Shown: positions 16,876-26,671, numbered from the stretch's first letter. The stretch: DNA of 28,671 nt from an uncultured Desulfovibrionaceae bacterium (GCA_964490475.1 CAZBDD010000001.1:1-28671); one strand, 5' to 3'. Notes: a model not told the origin generated them from the letters alone. A program made the numbers and translations.

Positions 16876-17553
16876 GTGTTTAGTAAAAATGTTTTTTTAT
16901 GGTGCTTGTTTTTACTCCTGTTTTCCCCTTCGTCAGTTTTTGCGTATATAGGGCCATCCACTGCTAAACTTTGTCCAACTAAAGTAGTTGGTACTCAAAC
17001 TATTACTGGGATGTATTGGGGGTGGAGTGAAAGATATAATAATTTAAAGGCCATTGACATTCGCGATGGAAATGAAAGAACGATAATTTTTATTGCCACA
17101 ACGGAAGAAAAAGCCAAACAGCTCTTTGGGAAAACGTCCTTGGGTTTCGATGAAGAAATACCTGTAAGAGTGACTTATGATACCGTGCAAAAGTATTCTG
17201 AGCAAAGGGAAGAATGTGAACTTGTGCATACTTTAAAAGAGGGTAAAATCTTAGAAGGTGATGCTACTGCTATAAGTTCATACGAAAAGGTTAACGCGAG
17301 CAAAGTTCTTTATACCAATACCATTGAAGGGGAATATTTTGGTCACGATGAAGGTAAAGAGAGTTATCCTAGTGTAAACCTGCTTATAGATGGAAAAATT
17401 TTCTTTTTCCCTTATAAAAAAGGGGCTGTACATACATTGTTTGGAAAAAACCCGAAAGGAAAACGTTTTGCTCTGACATACTCTGTTGAACAAGAATTAG
17501 GTGATGGTATTCTTATCCACAATTGGTTTAAATCTGTTAAAAGAATACAGTAG
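16876..17553 (+). CDS. Secreted hypothetical protein with two tandem homologous domains
   Basis: GTG start after AAGGAAGG; signal peptide ending VFA; internal duplication (see findings). Confidence 0.8.
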   Translation: MFSKNVFLWCLFLLLFSPSSVFAYIGPSTAKLCPTKVVGTQTITGMYWGWSERYNNLKAIDIRDGNERTIIFIATTEEKAKQLFGKTSLGFDEEIPVRVTYDTVQKYSEQREECELVHTLKEGKILEGDATAISSYEKVNASKVLYTNTIEGEYFGHDEGKESYPSVNLLIDGKIFFFPYKKGAVHTLFGKNPKGKRFALTYSVEQELGDGILIHNWFKSVKRIQ

Positions 17554-17684
17554 TTATCGCTGAAAAAAGGGTGAAAACACATTTTCAGTAACGACTATTG
17601 TTGGTAAGTTATTAATATGCTAGCTATTTTTTCGATTGTTACTCTTTTTTAACGTCTAGCCGAAAATCGAGCCCTTTATTTTAA

Positions 17685-17719
17685 AAAAGCCTAAAAAGTG
17701 CATAACTTTTTAGGCTTTT
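17685..17719. terminator. Bidirectional intrinsic terminator
   Basis: Perfect 15-bp stem AAAAGCCTAAAAAGT / ACTTTTTAGGCTTTT between convergent genes; second hairpin TGCCCAA/TTGGGCA plus poly-T at 17742-17766. Confidence 0.8.
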
Positions 17720-17934
17720 AATTTTTTTTCAAATTTTTTTTTGCCCAATTTTTGGGCATTTTTTTTCTAGAGATTTTTTAAGGTGCTTTTATGGCACATA
17801 AAAAAAATTGTACTGGAGAAAAAATCTAACCTAAGGTTATAGAATTTCTAGACATTTATTTGCCAAGGTCTTTTTTTCTGTTATAGTAAGCTTAATCGTC
17901 ATGGAAGAAAAAGGTTCAGGTTGTTGGCACTGCA

Positions 17935-18705
17935 TTAGTCATTGCTAGAAGTCAAAGCACATTGACGAGCTACAAGTCCAAGAAGAATGGCACCAGCTTG
18001 AGCAACATTAAGGGAATCAAAATGGTTTTGCATAGGAATAGAAACTATATGCCCACAGCGTTTGGCAATACCCGGGCGCATTCCCTTACCTTCGTTGCCA
18101 AGCACCAGCACGGCTGGCAAGGGCAGGGCATGCGTAAAAGCATTCAGCGCATCGGTTTTCATTCCAGTACCTATGATGGAAAAGCCTGCTTCCTCAGCTT
18201 CATCAAGTGCGTGTCCCAGATTGGTTACTTGACTTAAAGGTAAATGTTCCAAAGCACCAGCGGCGGCCTTTTTGGCACCGTCACCTAAATAAGCGCTGTT
18301 ATGCTTTGGCAAAATTAAACCTGCAAAACCTAGGGCGTGCATGGTTCGGGCCAAAGTACCCACATTACCGGGGTCTTGAACTTGATCCAAGGCCACAAGT
18401 AGTGGAAGGGGCGCAATGAGAGCCTTTTCTAAAAGCTCCGTCAAGGGAATATGCACATGGGCACCAAGGCGTGCCACCACCCCTTGATGTTGCGCACTGC
18501 ACATTCTGTCTAAAGTGACAGGATCCACTAAAGAAAAGCGAATATCTTCGGAACGGCAAATGTCCAGCATAAGATTGCTTTCTTGGTTCCGCAGGCCTTT
18601 TTTTAAAAAAAGAGTGTCCACTCTTTCTGGGTTTGACTGAAGAAGTTCCAATACAGGTTTAATGCCTGCAAGGTAGGAGGCGTGATTGTGAGAATTTTTT
18701 TTCAT
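17935..18705 (-). CDS. rlmB: TrmH/SPOUT RNA methyltransferase, 23S rRNA Gm2251 type
   Basis: HQGVVA, LDQVQDPGNVGTLART, VLGNEGKG, IPM...DSLNVA motifs. Confidence 0.85.
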   Translation of the reverse strand: MKKNSHNHASYLAGIKPVLELLQSNPERVDTLFLKKGLRNQESNLMLDICRSEDIRFSLVDPVTLDRMCSAQHQGVVARLGAHVHIPLTELLEKALIAPLPLLVALDQVQDPGNVGTLARTMHALGFAGLILPKHNSAYLGDGAKKAAAGALEHLPLSQVTNLGHALDEAEEAGFSIIGTGMKTDALNAFTHALPLPAVLVLGNEGKGMRPGIAKRCGHIVSIPMQNHFDSLNVAQAGAILLGLVARQCALTSSND

Positions 18706-18767
18706 AACATGTCCGTGGAGTAAATGTTTTATTGTGTGTTTGTTTACGCATCATAAGTGAGGTAGTA

Positions 18768-20207
18768 ATGTCAAGCAAAGTATTTGTATCAGAAGAAAAT
18801 TCTTCATGGCAAAATGTGAAACAATCGTGGCAATCCTTGCATAAAGGTAGATTGTTCTTAGTTGTTCTTTGTGTCATCTTTTTGTTAAGCGGTTGTGCTA
18901 GCAAAGAAAAAGCCGTGGTGACGCCAAAGAAAGCTTCCTTGGGTGGTGTGCAACTCACAGCCAAAGAAAAAGAAATTTTATATAGCACAGGGCAGTTAGA
19001 TAAAAATATCCCTGCTGCTGGTATGCCTGCCATTGCCAAGCAATACAGTCGTTTCCTTTATGGTAGTCGTCCGACTATGGAAAACTTTGCGCAGCGCTCA
19101 GAAGATTATTTGGGACACGCCAGAGATGTTTTCCGTAAAAATGGCATGCCAGAAGAATTGGCCTACTTAGCTCTAGTGGAAAGTGGTTATCGTCATACAG
19201 CAAAATCTCATGCCGGAGCCGCTGGCACATGGCAGTTTATGCCCTATACAGGCAAGCACTTTGGTTTGCAACAAGATAGATATATTGATGAACGCTTAGA
19301 CCCTTATGAGTCTGTAGAAGCTGCTGCAAAATATTTAAAGCTATTACATAATATGTTTGGCGATTGGTTGCTTGCCATTGCCGCCTATAATGCTGGTCAG
19401 GGTAAAATTAAAAGAGCATTGGAAGGCACAGGCGCCAACGATTTCTTTACACTGGTGGCCCGTAACGATCGCTTAACAGAAAAAACGAAATTACGCTTAG
19501 AAACCATGGTCTATGTGCCGCGTTTCTTGGCCATGACAAAGATTATGCGTAATCTTGGCCCTCTAGGCTTCACCCCTGTGAATCACAATCAAGCTCCTTT
19601 GCATGCACGCTTTAAAGTGGCACCTAGTACGGATTTACGAGATTTAGCTCGCGCAGTGGGTGTTCCTTACCATGAGTTTCGTGAAGCCAATGCACAGCAC
19701 AAAGGCCATGTAACACATAGAAATAAAAATACCTATGTTAATGTGCCCAAGGGTGCTCAATCTGCGGCTCAAAGGTATATTGCTTCTGGTAAGTCTGGGC
19801 GCAGCTACCGTGCTCAAAATACCAAGGCCAGCACAACTGTCGTTGCTCGTAATACGCAAGTTTCTTCTTCTAAAACGCGCTACTATGTGGTTAAAAAAGG
19901 CGACAGCTTATCGCGCATAGCTGCCAAATACAATACCACCACAGCGACCTTGGTACGTGCTAATAAACTTGACAGTGCTGCAACTGTACGCATAGGCCAA
20001 AAGTTGACCATTCCCGGCAGTGGTAAGGCTGTAGCCACACGAACTGCGGCACAGAGTAAAAAAAGAACACATGTTGTTAAATACGGTGATACCGTGGGAG
20101 CCATTGCTCAGAAATATAATATAACAACTAAGCAATTGCTTAAGCTGAATAAAAAAAGCAGTGCTGACATTCGAGCAGGGGAAAAGCTGTTAGTATCATC
20201 CTTGTAA
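18768..20207 (+). CDS. mltD: MltD-like lytic transglycosylase lipoprotein with two C-terminal LysM domains
   Basis: LSGC lipobox; LALVESGY, AAGTWQFMP, AAYNAG SLT motifs; LysM repeats YVVKKGDSL and HVVKYGDTV. Start set at ATG 18768 after GAGG. Confidence 0.88.
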   Translation: MSSKVFVSEENSSWQNVKQSWQSLHKGRLFLVVLCVIFLLSGCASKEKAVVTPKKASLGGVQLTAKEKEILYSTGQLDKNIPAAGMPAIAKQYSRFLYGSRPTMENFAQRSEDYLGHARDVFRKNGMPEELAYLALVESGYRHTAKSHAGAAGTWQFMPYTGKHFGLQQDRYIDERLDPYESVEAAAKYLKLLHNMFGDWLLAIAAYNAGQGKIKRALEGTGANDFFTLVARNDRLTEKTKLRLETMVYVPRFLAMTKIMRNLGPLGFTPVNHNQAPLHARFKVAPSTDLRDLARAVGVPYHEFREANAQHKGHVTHRNKNTYVNVPKGAQSAAQRYIASGKSGRSYRAQNTKASTTVVARNTQVSSSKTRYYVVKKGDSLSRIAAKYNTTTATLVRANKLDSAATVRIGQKLTIPGSGKAVATRTAAQSKKRTHVVKYGDTVGAIAQKYNITTKQLLKLNKKSSADIRAGEKLLVSSL

Positions 20208-20241
20208 GCATCAATATCACTTAGCTTAGTAAACAACACAT

Positions 20242-20332
20242 AAAGGAAATATATTTCGGTATATTTCCTTTTTTATTTAAAGCATTTTGAGGGGATGGGG
20301 AGATTTAGGGGAAAGTTTCCCTTTCCCCTAAA
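20242..20332. terminator. Pair of terminator hairpins between convergent mltD and fadL-like genes
   Basis: AAAGGAAATATA/TATATTTCCTTT (20242-20271) and TTTAGGGGAAAG/CTTTCCCCTAAA (20304-20332), both perfect 12-bp stems. Confidence 0.75.
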
Positions 20333-20359
20333 AAATAACGAATACTTTGTAGGAATTTT

Positions 20360-21583
20360 TTAGAATTTAAATCCTACAGAAAGGGTATATAAATCTGCTC
20401 CCACATTGGAAGAGCTTCCAGGGACTACACCATGTGCTAGGCTCTTGTCATAGTCAGTGTCATAAATCCACATATGTGTATAGGCCAAATCTAAAGTCCA
20501 ATTTTCATGTTTAAAGCCTAAACCAAGGCTCACGGCATCGCGGCCATTGGTAGGCATCATATAGTCGGCATATCTTTCGTTGGTAACGGCGGTTTCGTGC
20601 CAATAGCCTGCGCGCAATGTAAGCCAATCTAGCGGGCTGTATTCCACACTGGCATTGAAATTCCAACCATCTTTCCATTCTTTAGGATTTTTTGAAGCGG
20701 TTAAGCCACTGTCAAAATAAATGTCTAGTGCATTGTAAGTAGACCAACGAGTGTACACGGTACCTACTTCAAAACTAAGATTTTCTAAAGGCTTGAAAGC
20801 GACACCAAAGGAAATGGAGTCTGGAAGTACAATAAAGCCATTAATTCCTGTATCTATCATACCATAGTCGGGTATTTGCTTGCCAAAGGCTGCAGTGCCG
20901 GTGGCGCTATGTGCTACTTTGCTTTTATAGGTAAGGCCAGCAGACCATTGTTCATTAAATTTAGCATGTAAGCCTAAATGCAAGCCAACACCTGTAGAGG
21001 AGGCATGTAATTGAGAGCTATTTATATCAGGTAGGCCAGCAGGGTGTAAGGCTCTGTTGTTCAGAAATAAACTTAAGTACATGACTTCTACACCTAAGGA
21101 CACAGAGAAAATATCATTTAATTTCACAGCAATGGTAGGCACTGCAGAAACAGAGGTAAGGCCTACGCCATAAACGGCTCCGCGACCAAACCAATTATCA
21201 TCGTAGCTATTGCCAAGGCCAAAGCGCGTAAACACACCCAAGCCTAACCAAACTCTGTCATTGAGTTGATGAGATATATAGCCGTGTGCAGGTGTCCAAA
21301 TGCTTGCATGGGCACTGGTTGTTTGTTGCGTGTTGCTGTTTGTTATGCTTCCATAAGGTGCTATAAAGGATATACCGGCCATAAAATGCGTACCAGGTAA
21401 TTGTGTAATACCTGCAGCATTATAAGCTATGGCAGATACATCATCAGCGCGACCTACCATACCACTGGCAAGACCAATGCCACGTGCGGACCATTCCGTC
21501 ATAGCAAAGCCTTCAGCCATGGCTGTACCTGCAAGGCTTAGTGATAAAAGCAATGCAATAAAAACATGACAAATTTTAGACAT
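20360..21583 (-). CDS. OmpP1/FadL-family outer-membrane transporter
   Basis: 407 aa; signal peptide, AEGFAMTEWSARG hatch N-terminus, YNAAGITQL, LTLRAGY, C-terminal Phe. Confidence 0.9.
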   Translation of the reverse strand: MSKICHVFIALLLSLSLAGTAMAEGFAMTEWSARGIGLASGMVGRADDVSAIAYNAAGITQLPGTHFMAGISFIAPYGSITNSNTQQTTSAHASIWTPAHGYISHQLNDRVWLGLGVFTRFGLGNSYDDNWFGRGAVYGVGLTSVSAVPTIAVKLNDIFSVSLGVEVMYLSLFLNNRALHPAGLPDINSSQLHASSTGVGLHLGLHAKFNEQWSAGLTYKSKVAHSATGTAAFGKQIPDYGMIDTGINGFIVLPDSISFGVAFKPLENLSFEVGTVYTRWSTYNALDIYFDSGLTASKNPKEWKDGWNFNASVEYSPLDWLTLRAGYWHETAVTNERYADYMMPTNGRDAVSLGLGFKHENWTLDLAYTHMWIYDTDYDKSLAHGVVPGSSSNVGADLYTLSVGFKF

Positions 21584-21710
21584 GGAGCCTCCAAAGCAAT
21601 GAATAATCAGTTATAATTTTTGCACACATCCATAGGCAAAAATCAAAAAAAAGCGCGATAAAGTATGCACTCACTGTAAAAATGTATCCTTATGCGCGTA
21701 AGCATCGCAC

Positions 21711-24089
21711 CTAGTACATATTAAGTGGGTCAAGGTCAAGAGAAAGCTTGATATTCTTATGGGTAAATATTGTAATCGCAAAATTATAAATATGACGAAT
21801 AGCTTGCCAACTGTCACTTTTTAATAGGCAATGAAAGCGTTTTTGCCCTCGTAAGATAGATAATGGTGCAGGCGTGGGCCCAAGTACCGTGACAAGATTT
21901 TCTTTTCCTGCTTGGCGCAGTTGGGTGCCGCATTGTCGCAAAAAATCGTTACCTTCAGAAAAATCTAAGGGAAAACTTATTCGAATAAGCCCAAGATGCA
22001 CGAAGGGTGGGTAACGCCATTTTTCTCTGCGCTGCATTTCGTCAGTATAAAAACCCTCAAAATCAGCATTTTGTATATATTGCCAACAATAATGCTGCAT
22101 ATCTCTGGTTTGAATAAGCACCTTTCCGGCTTTTTGACCTCGTCCTGCACGGCCGGCAGATTGCACCAATAATTGAAATGTGCGCTCAGCAGCGCGATAG
22201 TCGGGGGTATTTAAGCCTAAATCTCCGTCTGCTATTATAGCCAACGTTACTTCAGGAAAATGATGCCCCTTAGAAAGCATTTGTGTACCTACGAGAATTT
22301 GCGCCTCTTGGCGTCTAAACGCTTCTAGAATTTCTTCCATATGGCCTTCGCGGCGTGTGCTATCACGGTCTAATCGTAAAACTTTTCCTGAAGTTAAAGA
22401 AGATAGATATTCCGTAAGCTTTTCTGTGCCTTCGCCCATGGGCAGAAAATGCATGCCCTTACAGTGGCTGCAGAGGGTGGGGAAGGGCACGGCATAACCA
22501 CAATAATGGCAAATAAGTCGTTGACGTTTTTTATGATAGGTAAGGCCTATTTCACAATGGGGACAACGTGCTACTTTTTGGCAGTCTAAACAATACACTA
22601 AGGGCGCGTAGCCGCGTCTATTAAGTAATATAACTGCCTGCTCTCCACGAGCCAAGGTTTCTTTTAGAGCTAGCTCGCTTTCTGCAGCTAAGGTCGCTTG
22701 AGTGGCTTTTTGCCCATGAATGCTGACCAATTGAATCTCTGGTAGGGTACCCCCTCCCACACGAGCGGGCAATTTTTGCACCTGTAATTTCCCTTGTTTG
22801 GCAGCATAAAAAGTTTTTATGTCTGGTGTGGCTGACCCTAGAACCACAAGCCCTTTTTGTTGCGCCATTCGGAACCATGCCACTTCTTTGGCTTGATAGA
22901 CCATTTTTTCATCTTGCTTGAATGAGGCGTCATGTTCTTCATCTAGCACCACAGCGCCAATATTTTTTAATGGTAAAAATAATGCTGACCGTGTGCCTAC
23001 TACTATGCAAGGTTGTGTACGTGTGGCTAAGTCTTTAAAAATGTTTTCGCGTATGAGAGGATTTTGATAACCATGGTATAAAAATGTGGGGACATGGGGT
23101 AAGGCTAAAGCCACATCTCGGCGTAATTTTAAGGCTAGAGCTACTTCCGGCGCCAAAAGAAGTATGGATAAGCCTTGTGTATAGCACATTTTTGCCAATT
23201 CTAAATACACGGCAGTTTTTCCACTGCCTGTAACACCGTACAGCACATGCCCTTGTACTTTTCCTGTGCTTTGTGCTCTTTCTAAAGCGCTAGCAAAAGC
23301 TTGCAAAGCTTCTTCTTGAGCTGTGCTTAATGTAAAAGCACTGTCCGGCGGAGGTAATAAGGCCATATGTATTGCCTCTTCTTCCTCTTGCGGGGCTTCA
23401 AGACGCACATGTCCTTGTCGTAGCAGACTTTGTAAAGCGGGGGCTGCGCCTTGCCCTAGTTGGCGTAAAAGTTGGCGTCGGTTGGTGCTGCCTTTGTCTA
23501 ATAAATAATCAAGAATGCTCACTTGCTTTACAGCCATGGGGCGTACTGGCCAAGGCGGATCCACTTGCAAAACACACAATTCAGATAAGGCGCTGTCTAC
23601 CTTGGGGGGGAGAATTTGCGCTGTACCTGCCATAAGTGCTAAGGCTAAGGCCTCTCCTTGCGAAGCAGTAAAAGCTTCGTTGGGGCATTGTACCATTTTT
23701 AATGTATATATTTGAGCTTTACCATCTATAAAGGTACGAATTTTACTTTGTGCACTGCGCAAGCCCGCCGGCAAAATATGGCGTAAAATATCTCCCTCAT
23801 GGCGACATTGGCGCACAGCAAGCTGGCTTATCATACTAAAGTACCAAGGTTCAAGCAAAGGGCTTATTTCTAAAGGGCTTATTATATGCTTTACTTCAAT
23901 GTCAGCATCAAGACCGCTTTCTTCTTGCCCTGCATCAAAGATGATACCTACACGTATTCCTTTGCCCAAAGGTATAGCCACGCGTAAACCCACGCGAAAA
24001 AAAGATGCGTGCTCCTTGGGCCACCACCAAGGCAAAGCATAAGTAAACACACCAAAGGGGGGAGAAAGTAAAGCGATACGATAAAACAT
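21711..24089 (-). CDS. priA: Primosomal protein N' (replication restart helicase)
   Basis: GVTGSGKT, DEEHD, LNRRGY, four CxxC, GTQMLSKGHHFP, GRAGR. Confidence 0.96.
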   Translation of the reverse strand: MFYRIALLSPPFGVFTYALPWWWPKEHASFFRVGLRVAIPLGKGIRVGIIFDAGQEESGLDADIEVKHIISPLEISPLLEPWYFSMISQLAVRQCRHEGDILRHILPAGLRSAQSKIRTFIDGKAQIYTLKMVQCPNEAFTASQGEALALALMAGTAQILPPKVDSALSELCVLQVDPPWPVRPMAVKQVSILDYLLDKGSTNRRQLLRQLGQGAAPALQSLLRQGHVRLEAPQEEEEAIHMALLPPPDSAFTLSTAQEEALQAFASALERAQSTGKVQGHVLYGVTGSGKTAVYLELAKMCYTQGLSILLLAPEVALALKLRRDVALALPHVPTFLYHGYQNPLIRENIFKDLATRTQPCIVVGTRSALFLPLKNIGAVVLDEEHDASFKQDEKMVYQAKEVAWFRMAQQKGLVVLGSATPDIKTFYAAKQGKLQVQKLPARVGGGTLPEIQLVSIHGQKATQATLAAESELALKETLARGEQAVILLNRRGYAPLVYCLDCQKVARCPHCEIGLTYHKKRQRLICHYCGYAVPFPTLCSHCKGMHFLPMGEGTEKLTEYLSSLTSGKVLRLDRDSTRREGHMEEILEAFRRQEAQILVGTQMLSKGHHFPEVTLAIIADGDLGLNTPDYRAAERTFQLLVQSAGRAGRGQKAGKVLIQTRDMQHYCWQYIQNADFEGFYTDEMQRREKWRYPPFVHLGLIRISFPLDFSEGNDFLRQCGTQLRQAGKENLVTVLGPTPAPLSILRGQKRFHCLLKSDSWQAIRHIYNFAITIFTHKNIKLSLDLDPLNMY

Positions 24090-24118
24090 AGGAATCAGAA
24101 GGGTAAAGTATTTGGCGG

Positions 24119-24149
24119 GAAAATGGGAGGAAGTATATATACTTCCTCC
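24119..24149 (-). terminator. Perfect 24-bp palindrome / terminator between galU and priA
   Basis: GGAGGAAGTATATATACTTCCTCC (24126-24149), followed on the minus strand by CATTTTT. Confidence 0.6.
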
Positions 24150-24185
24150 GCAATGATTACATAAAAATGTTATTGGTAGAAAATC

Positions 24186-25058
24186 TTACATATGCTCAAG
24201 AATATTACGCAACATGCCGCGTAATTGAGGACGTAACTTATCATCTTGCAATGCAAAAAATACGTTGGCTGTGAGGTATTCTGCCCAGTCACCAGCATCA
24301 AAGCGCCAACCAGCCATTTTTACAGCCAGCATTCCTTTGTCCTTGGCAAGAGCTTGTAAAGCATCGGTGAGTTGTATTTCACCACCATGACCGGGTTGTA
24401 CATTTTCTAAATATTCAAAAATATCTGGTGTAAGCACATAACGCCCCACAATAGCTAATTGAGAAGGAGCTTTGTCTTTTTCAGGCTTTTCCACCATGTT
24501 GTGAATTCTGTACACATTGGGGGAAACCTCTACACCATCAATAATGCCATAGCGGTCTACTTTATCCTTGGGAACTTCTACCACACCAATAACAGGCATG
24601 TTTTCAGCATCGGCTATATCGATAAGCTGTTTTATACCAGGATACGGGTCAAACATCAGGTCATCCCCTACCATAATGGCAAAGGGTTTATCTCGTACGA
24701 GTTCTTTTGCGCAAAGTACAGCATGCCCAAGGCCCAATTGCTTTTTTTGACGTACAGACATAATGTTAACCATTTCAGCTACATTACGAACCAGTTCTAA
24801 TTTGTCCATTTTTCCGGCACGTTCTAGCACTTGCTCGAGCTGTAAGTTATAATCGAAATGGTCTTCGATGACGCTTTTATCACGGTTTGTAACAAAAATA
24901 ACGTCTTTGATGCCTGATTGAATGGCTTCTTCCACGACGCATTGAATAACAGGTTTATTGTAAATGGGAAGCATTTCCTTGGGAATGTTCTTGCTTGCCG
25001 GTAAGGAGCGTGTGCCCCAACCTGCCACGGGAATAACAACTTTGCGAATCTTTTTCAT
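24186..25058 (-). CDS. galU: UTP--glucose-1-phosphate uridylyltransferase
   Basis: KVVIPVAGWGTRSLPASKNIPKEMLP, GLGHAV, VEKP, GEIQLTDA. Confidence 0.96.
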   Translation of the reverse strand: MKKIRKVVIPVAGWGTRSLPASKNIPKEMLPIYNKPVIQCVVEEAIQSGIKDVIFVTNRDKSVIEDHFDYNLQLEQVLERAGKMDKLELVRNVAEMVNIMSVRQKKQLGLGHAVLCAKELVRDKPFAIMVGDDLMFDPYPGIKQLIDIADAENMPVIGVVEVPKDKVDRYGIIDGVEVSPNVYRIHNMVEKPEKDKAPSQLAIVGRYVLTPDIFEYLENVQPGHGGEIQLTDALQALAKDKGMLAVKMAGWRFDAGDWAEYLTANVFFALQDDKLRPQLRGMLRNILEHM

Positions 25059-25338
25059 AATATACCTACGGTAAAAACATTAATCTGTAAGGCTGAACTC
25101 CATTCTCTAAAATCCAAAAAAAATCCATTTCTGCAACATAAAAACAAAAGTGATACAGGCTCTTCTATCAGCACTGCCAACGCTCTGTTTTATTAGTCGC
25201 TAAAAGGACTATAAGACCATAAGTATATTTTACCTATCTTGCAAGCGAAAAGAAACAAAAAATTACAAACTATTATGGGGAATTCTTAGTAAAATACTAT
25301 TTTTGAAGTTGATATACTATTTCGTTTACACGAGTACA

Positions 25339-26580
25339 CTATTTTTTTAGTAAAAGCCAAATGTCGCCCTTGGTGTATATTTGTCTTGCTTGGGCATGGG
25401 CGCTTTCGCCCTCACCAGCATAAAGGTCAATGCGACGCATGTTTATGGCTCCGCCTGTGTCATGCGCAAAACCAAGGCCGTGTAATGTGTGCATATTCGC
25501 AGCAGTGCTACCGGGGGTATTTTTCTTGCCTGGTGTAGGGAGATGATACGCCAAAATGCCACCCAAGGGTAAAATACGTTGGTCAGTGGCCATACTTACC
25601 CATGGGGTTAGTGCTGCTCCTACACTACCTTGAGGCTTTTCCGGACCATACCGAAAAAAGGCATAGCCGGAAGACGCTTCTAAAAAGGCTCGTTTTTGTT
25701 TGTCTGTGGCTTTATTCCACCATTGGCGCATACCTTTTAAGGTGGCATTTTTACGAGAAACTTGTTTTGTTCTCATAAGGTACCCTGCCATGCTTTCACC
25801 CTTATGGCCGTTGAGTCCGGCAAAAAGCACTGCCTGAGTACTGCCATCGTCAAAAGTAAGTAGGCCAGACCCCTGTAACATAAACCAATAGGTATCAAAG
25901 GGATGCTTTAGCCAAGCAATTTCCAGATTCCGATTGGCTAGGCCGCCGTCTAAATCGATGTTGGCACGGCTTAAAAAAGGTGGGTCAGGGCGAATAACCT
26001 TGGTAAAAGCTTCATCAGGGCAGGTATGCGTGGGCAAACAGGCAGCTAAATGCGGTGCAACTTCTTCAGGTAAGCGATAGAGCGGCGCTGTGAATCCTTC
26101 TTTCTTTGTGCGGCTGGCTGCCATAACAGGAGAAAAATAGGAGGTGAAGTGCGTCTTGGGGTTTACATGCAACCATTGGAAATGTTTTGCCAACAAAGCA
26201 GGGTTATCATCTAATTGTGGTAAAAGGCTTTGTAATAATTCTAGGGATTCTGTGATTTGTTGCCATGTGACACGCACAGGAGCTTTTTTAGTATCATGCT
26301 CAATGGCATAGCTTGCTTGTGCTTGTTTTTTGGCATAGGCTAAAGATCGCTCCAATGCCGGAGCAAGCTCGCGCCATGAGCTCATGCCTTGGCGTTCTTT
26401 TTGTAAAGAAAGGGCTTTGGCTTGAGCTTGTTTATCACTGAGAGGTACTAATATGGGGGCTTTTAAGTTGAGAGGCTCCAAAACTTTATGTACGGTATTT
26501 GCTCCTAAAGCCGGTGAAGCCAAAGTCAAAAGAAGGCAACAGAGCCCCCATAAGATAAAAGTATGTTGTGTTTTTTTCAT
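25339..26580 (-). CDS. mltA: MltA-family lytic transglycosylase (MltA + 3D domain)
   Basis: Signal peptide; MLQGSG, YAFF, SMATD, DTGGAI...RIDLYAG motifs. Confidence 0.88.
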   Translation of the reverse strand: MKKTQHTFILWGLCCLLLTLASPALGANTVHKVLEPLNLKAPILVPLSDKQAQAKALSLQKERQGMSSWRELAPALERSLAYAKKQAQASYAIEHDTKKAPVRVTWQQITESLELLQSLLPQLDDNPALLAKHFQWLHVNPKTHFTSYFSPVMAASRTKKEGFTAPLYRLPEEVAPHLAACLPTHTCPDEAFTKVIRPDPPFLSRANIDLDGGLANRNLEIAWLKHPFDTYWFMLQGSGLLTFDDGSTQAVLFAGLNGHKGESMAGYLMRTKQVSRKNATLKGMRQWWNKATDKQKRAFLEASSGYAFFRYGPEKPQGSVGAALTPWVSMATDQRILPLGGILAYHLPTPGKKNTPGSTAANMHTLHGLGFAHDTGGAINMRRIDLYAGEGESAHAQARQIYTKGDIWLLLKK

Positions 26581-26671
26581 AATTATTTTTATATTTCCTT
26601 ATAATACATTATGATGAATAGGGTATGTATTGGCATAAAATCCTATGTAAACAGAGCAAGAAAAGAATTGT

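Noticed and set aside
17792..17812. TGGCAC as a sigma54 promoter
   Set aside because: No GC at the required -12 spacing.
20285..20335. G-rich tract as a G-quadruplex or novel element
   Set aside because: Explained by a terminator/REP-like hairpin between convergent genes; single copy in this window.
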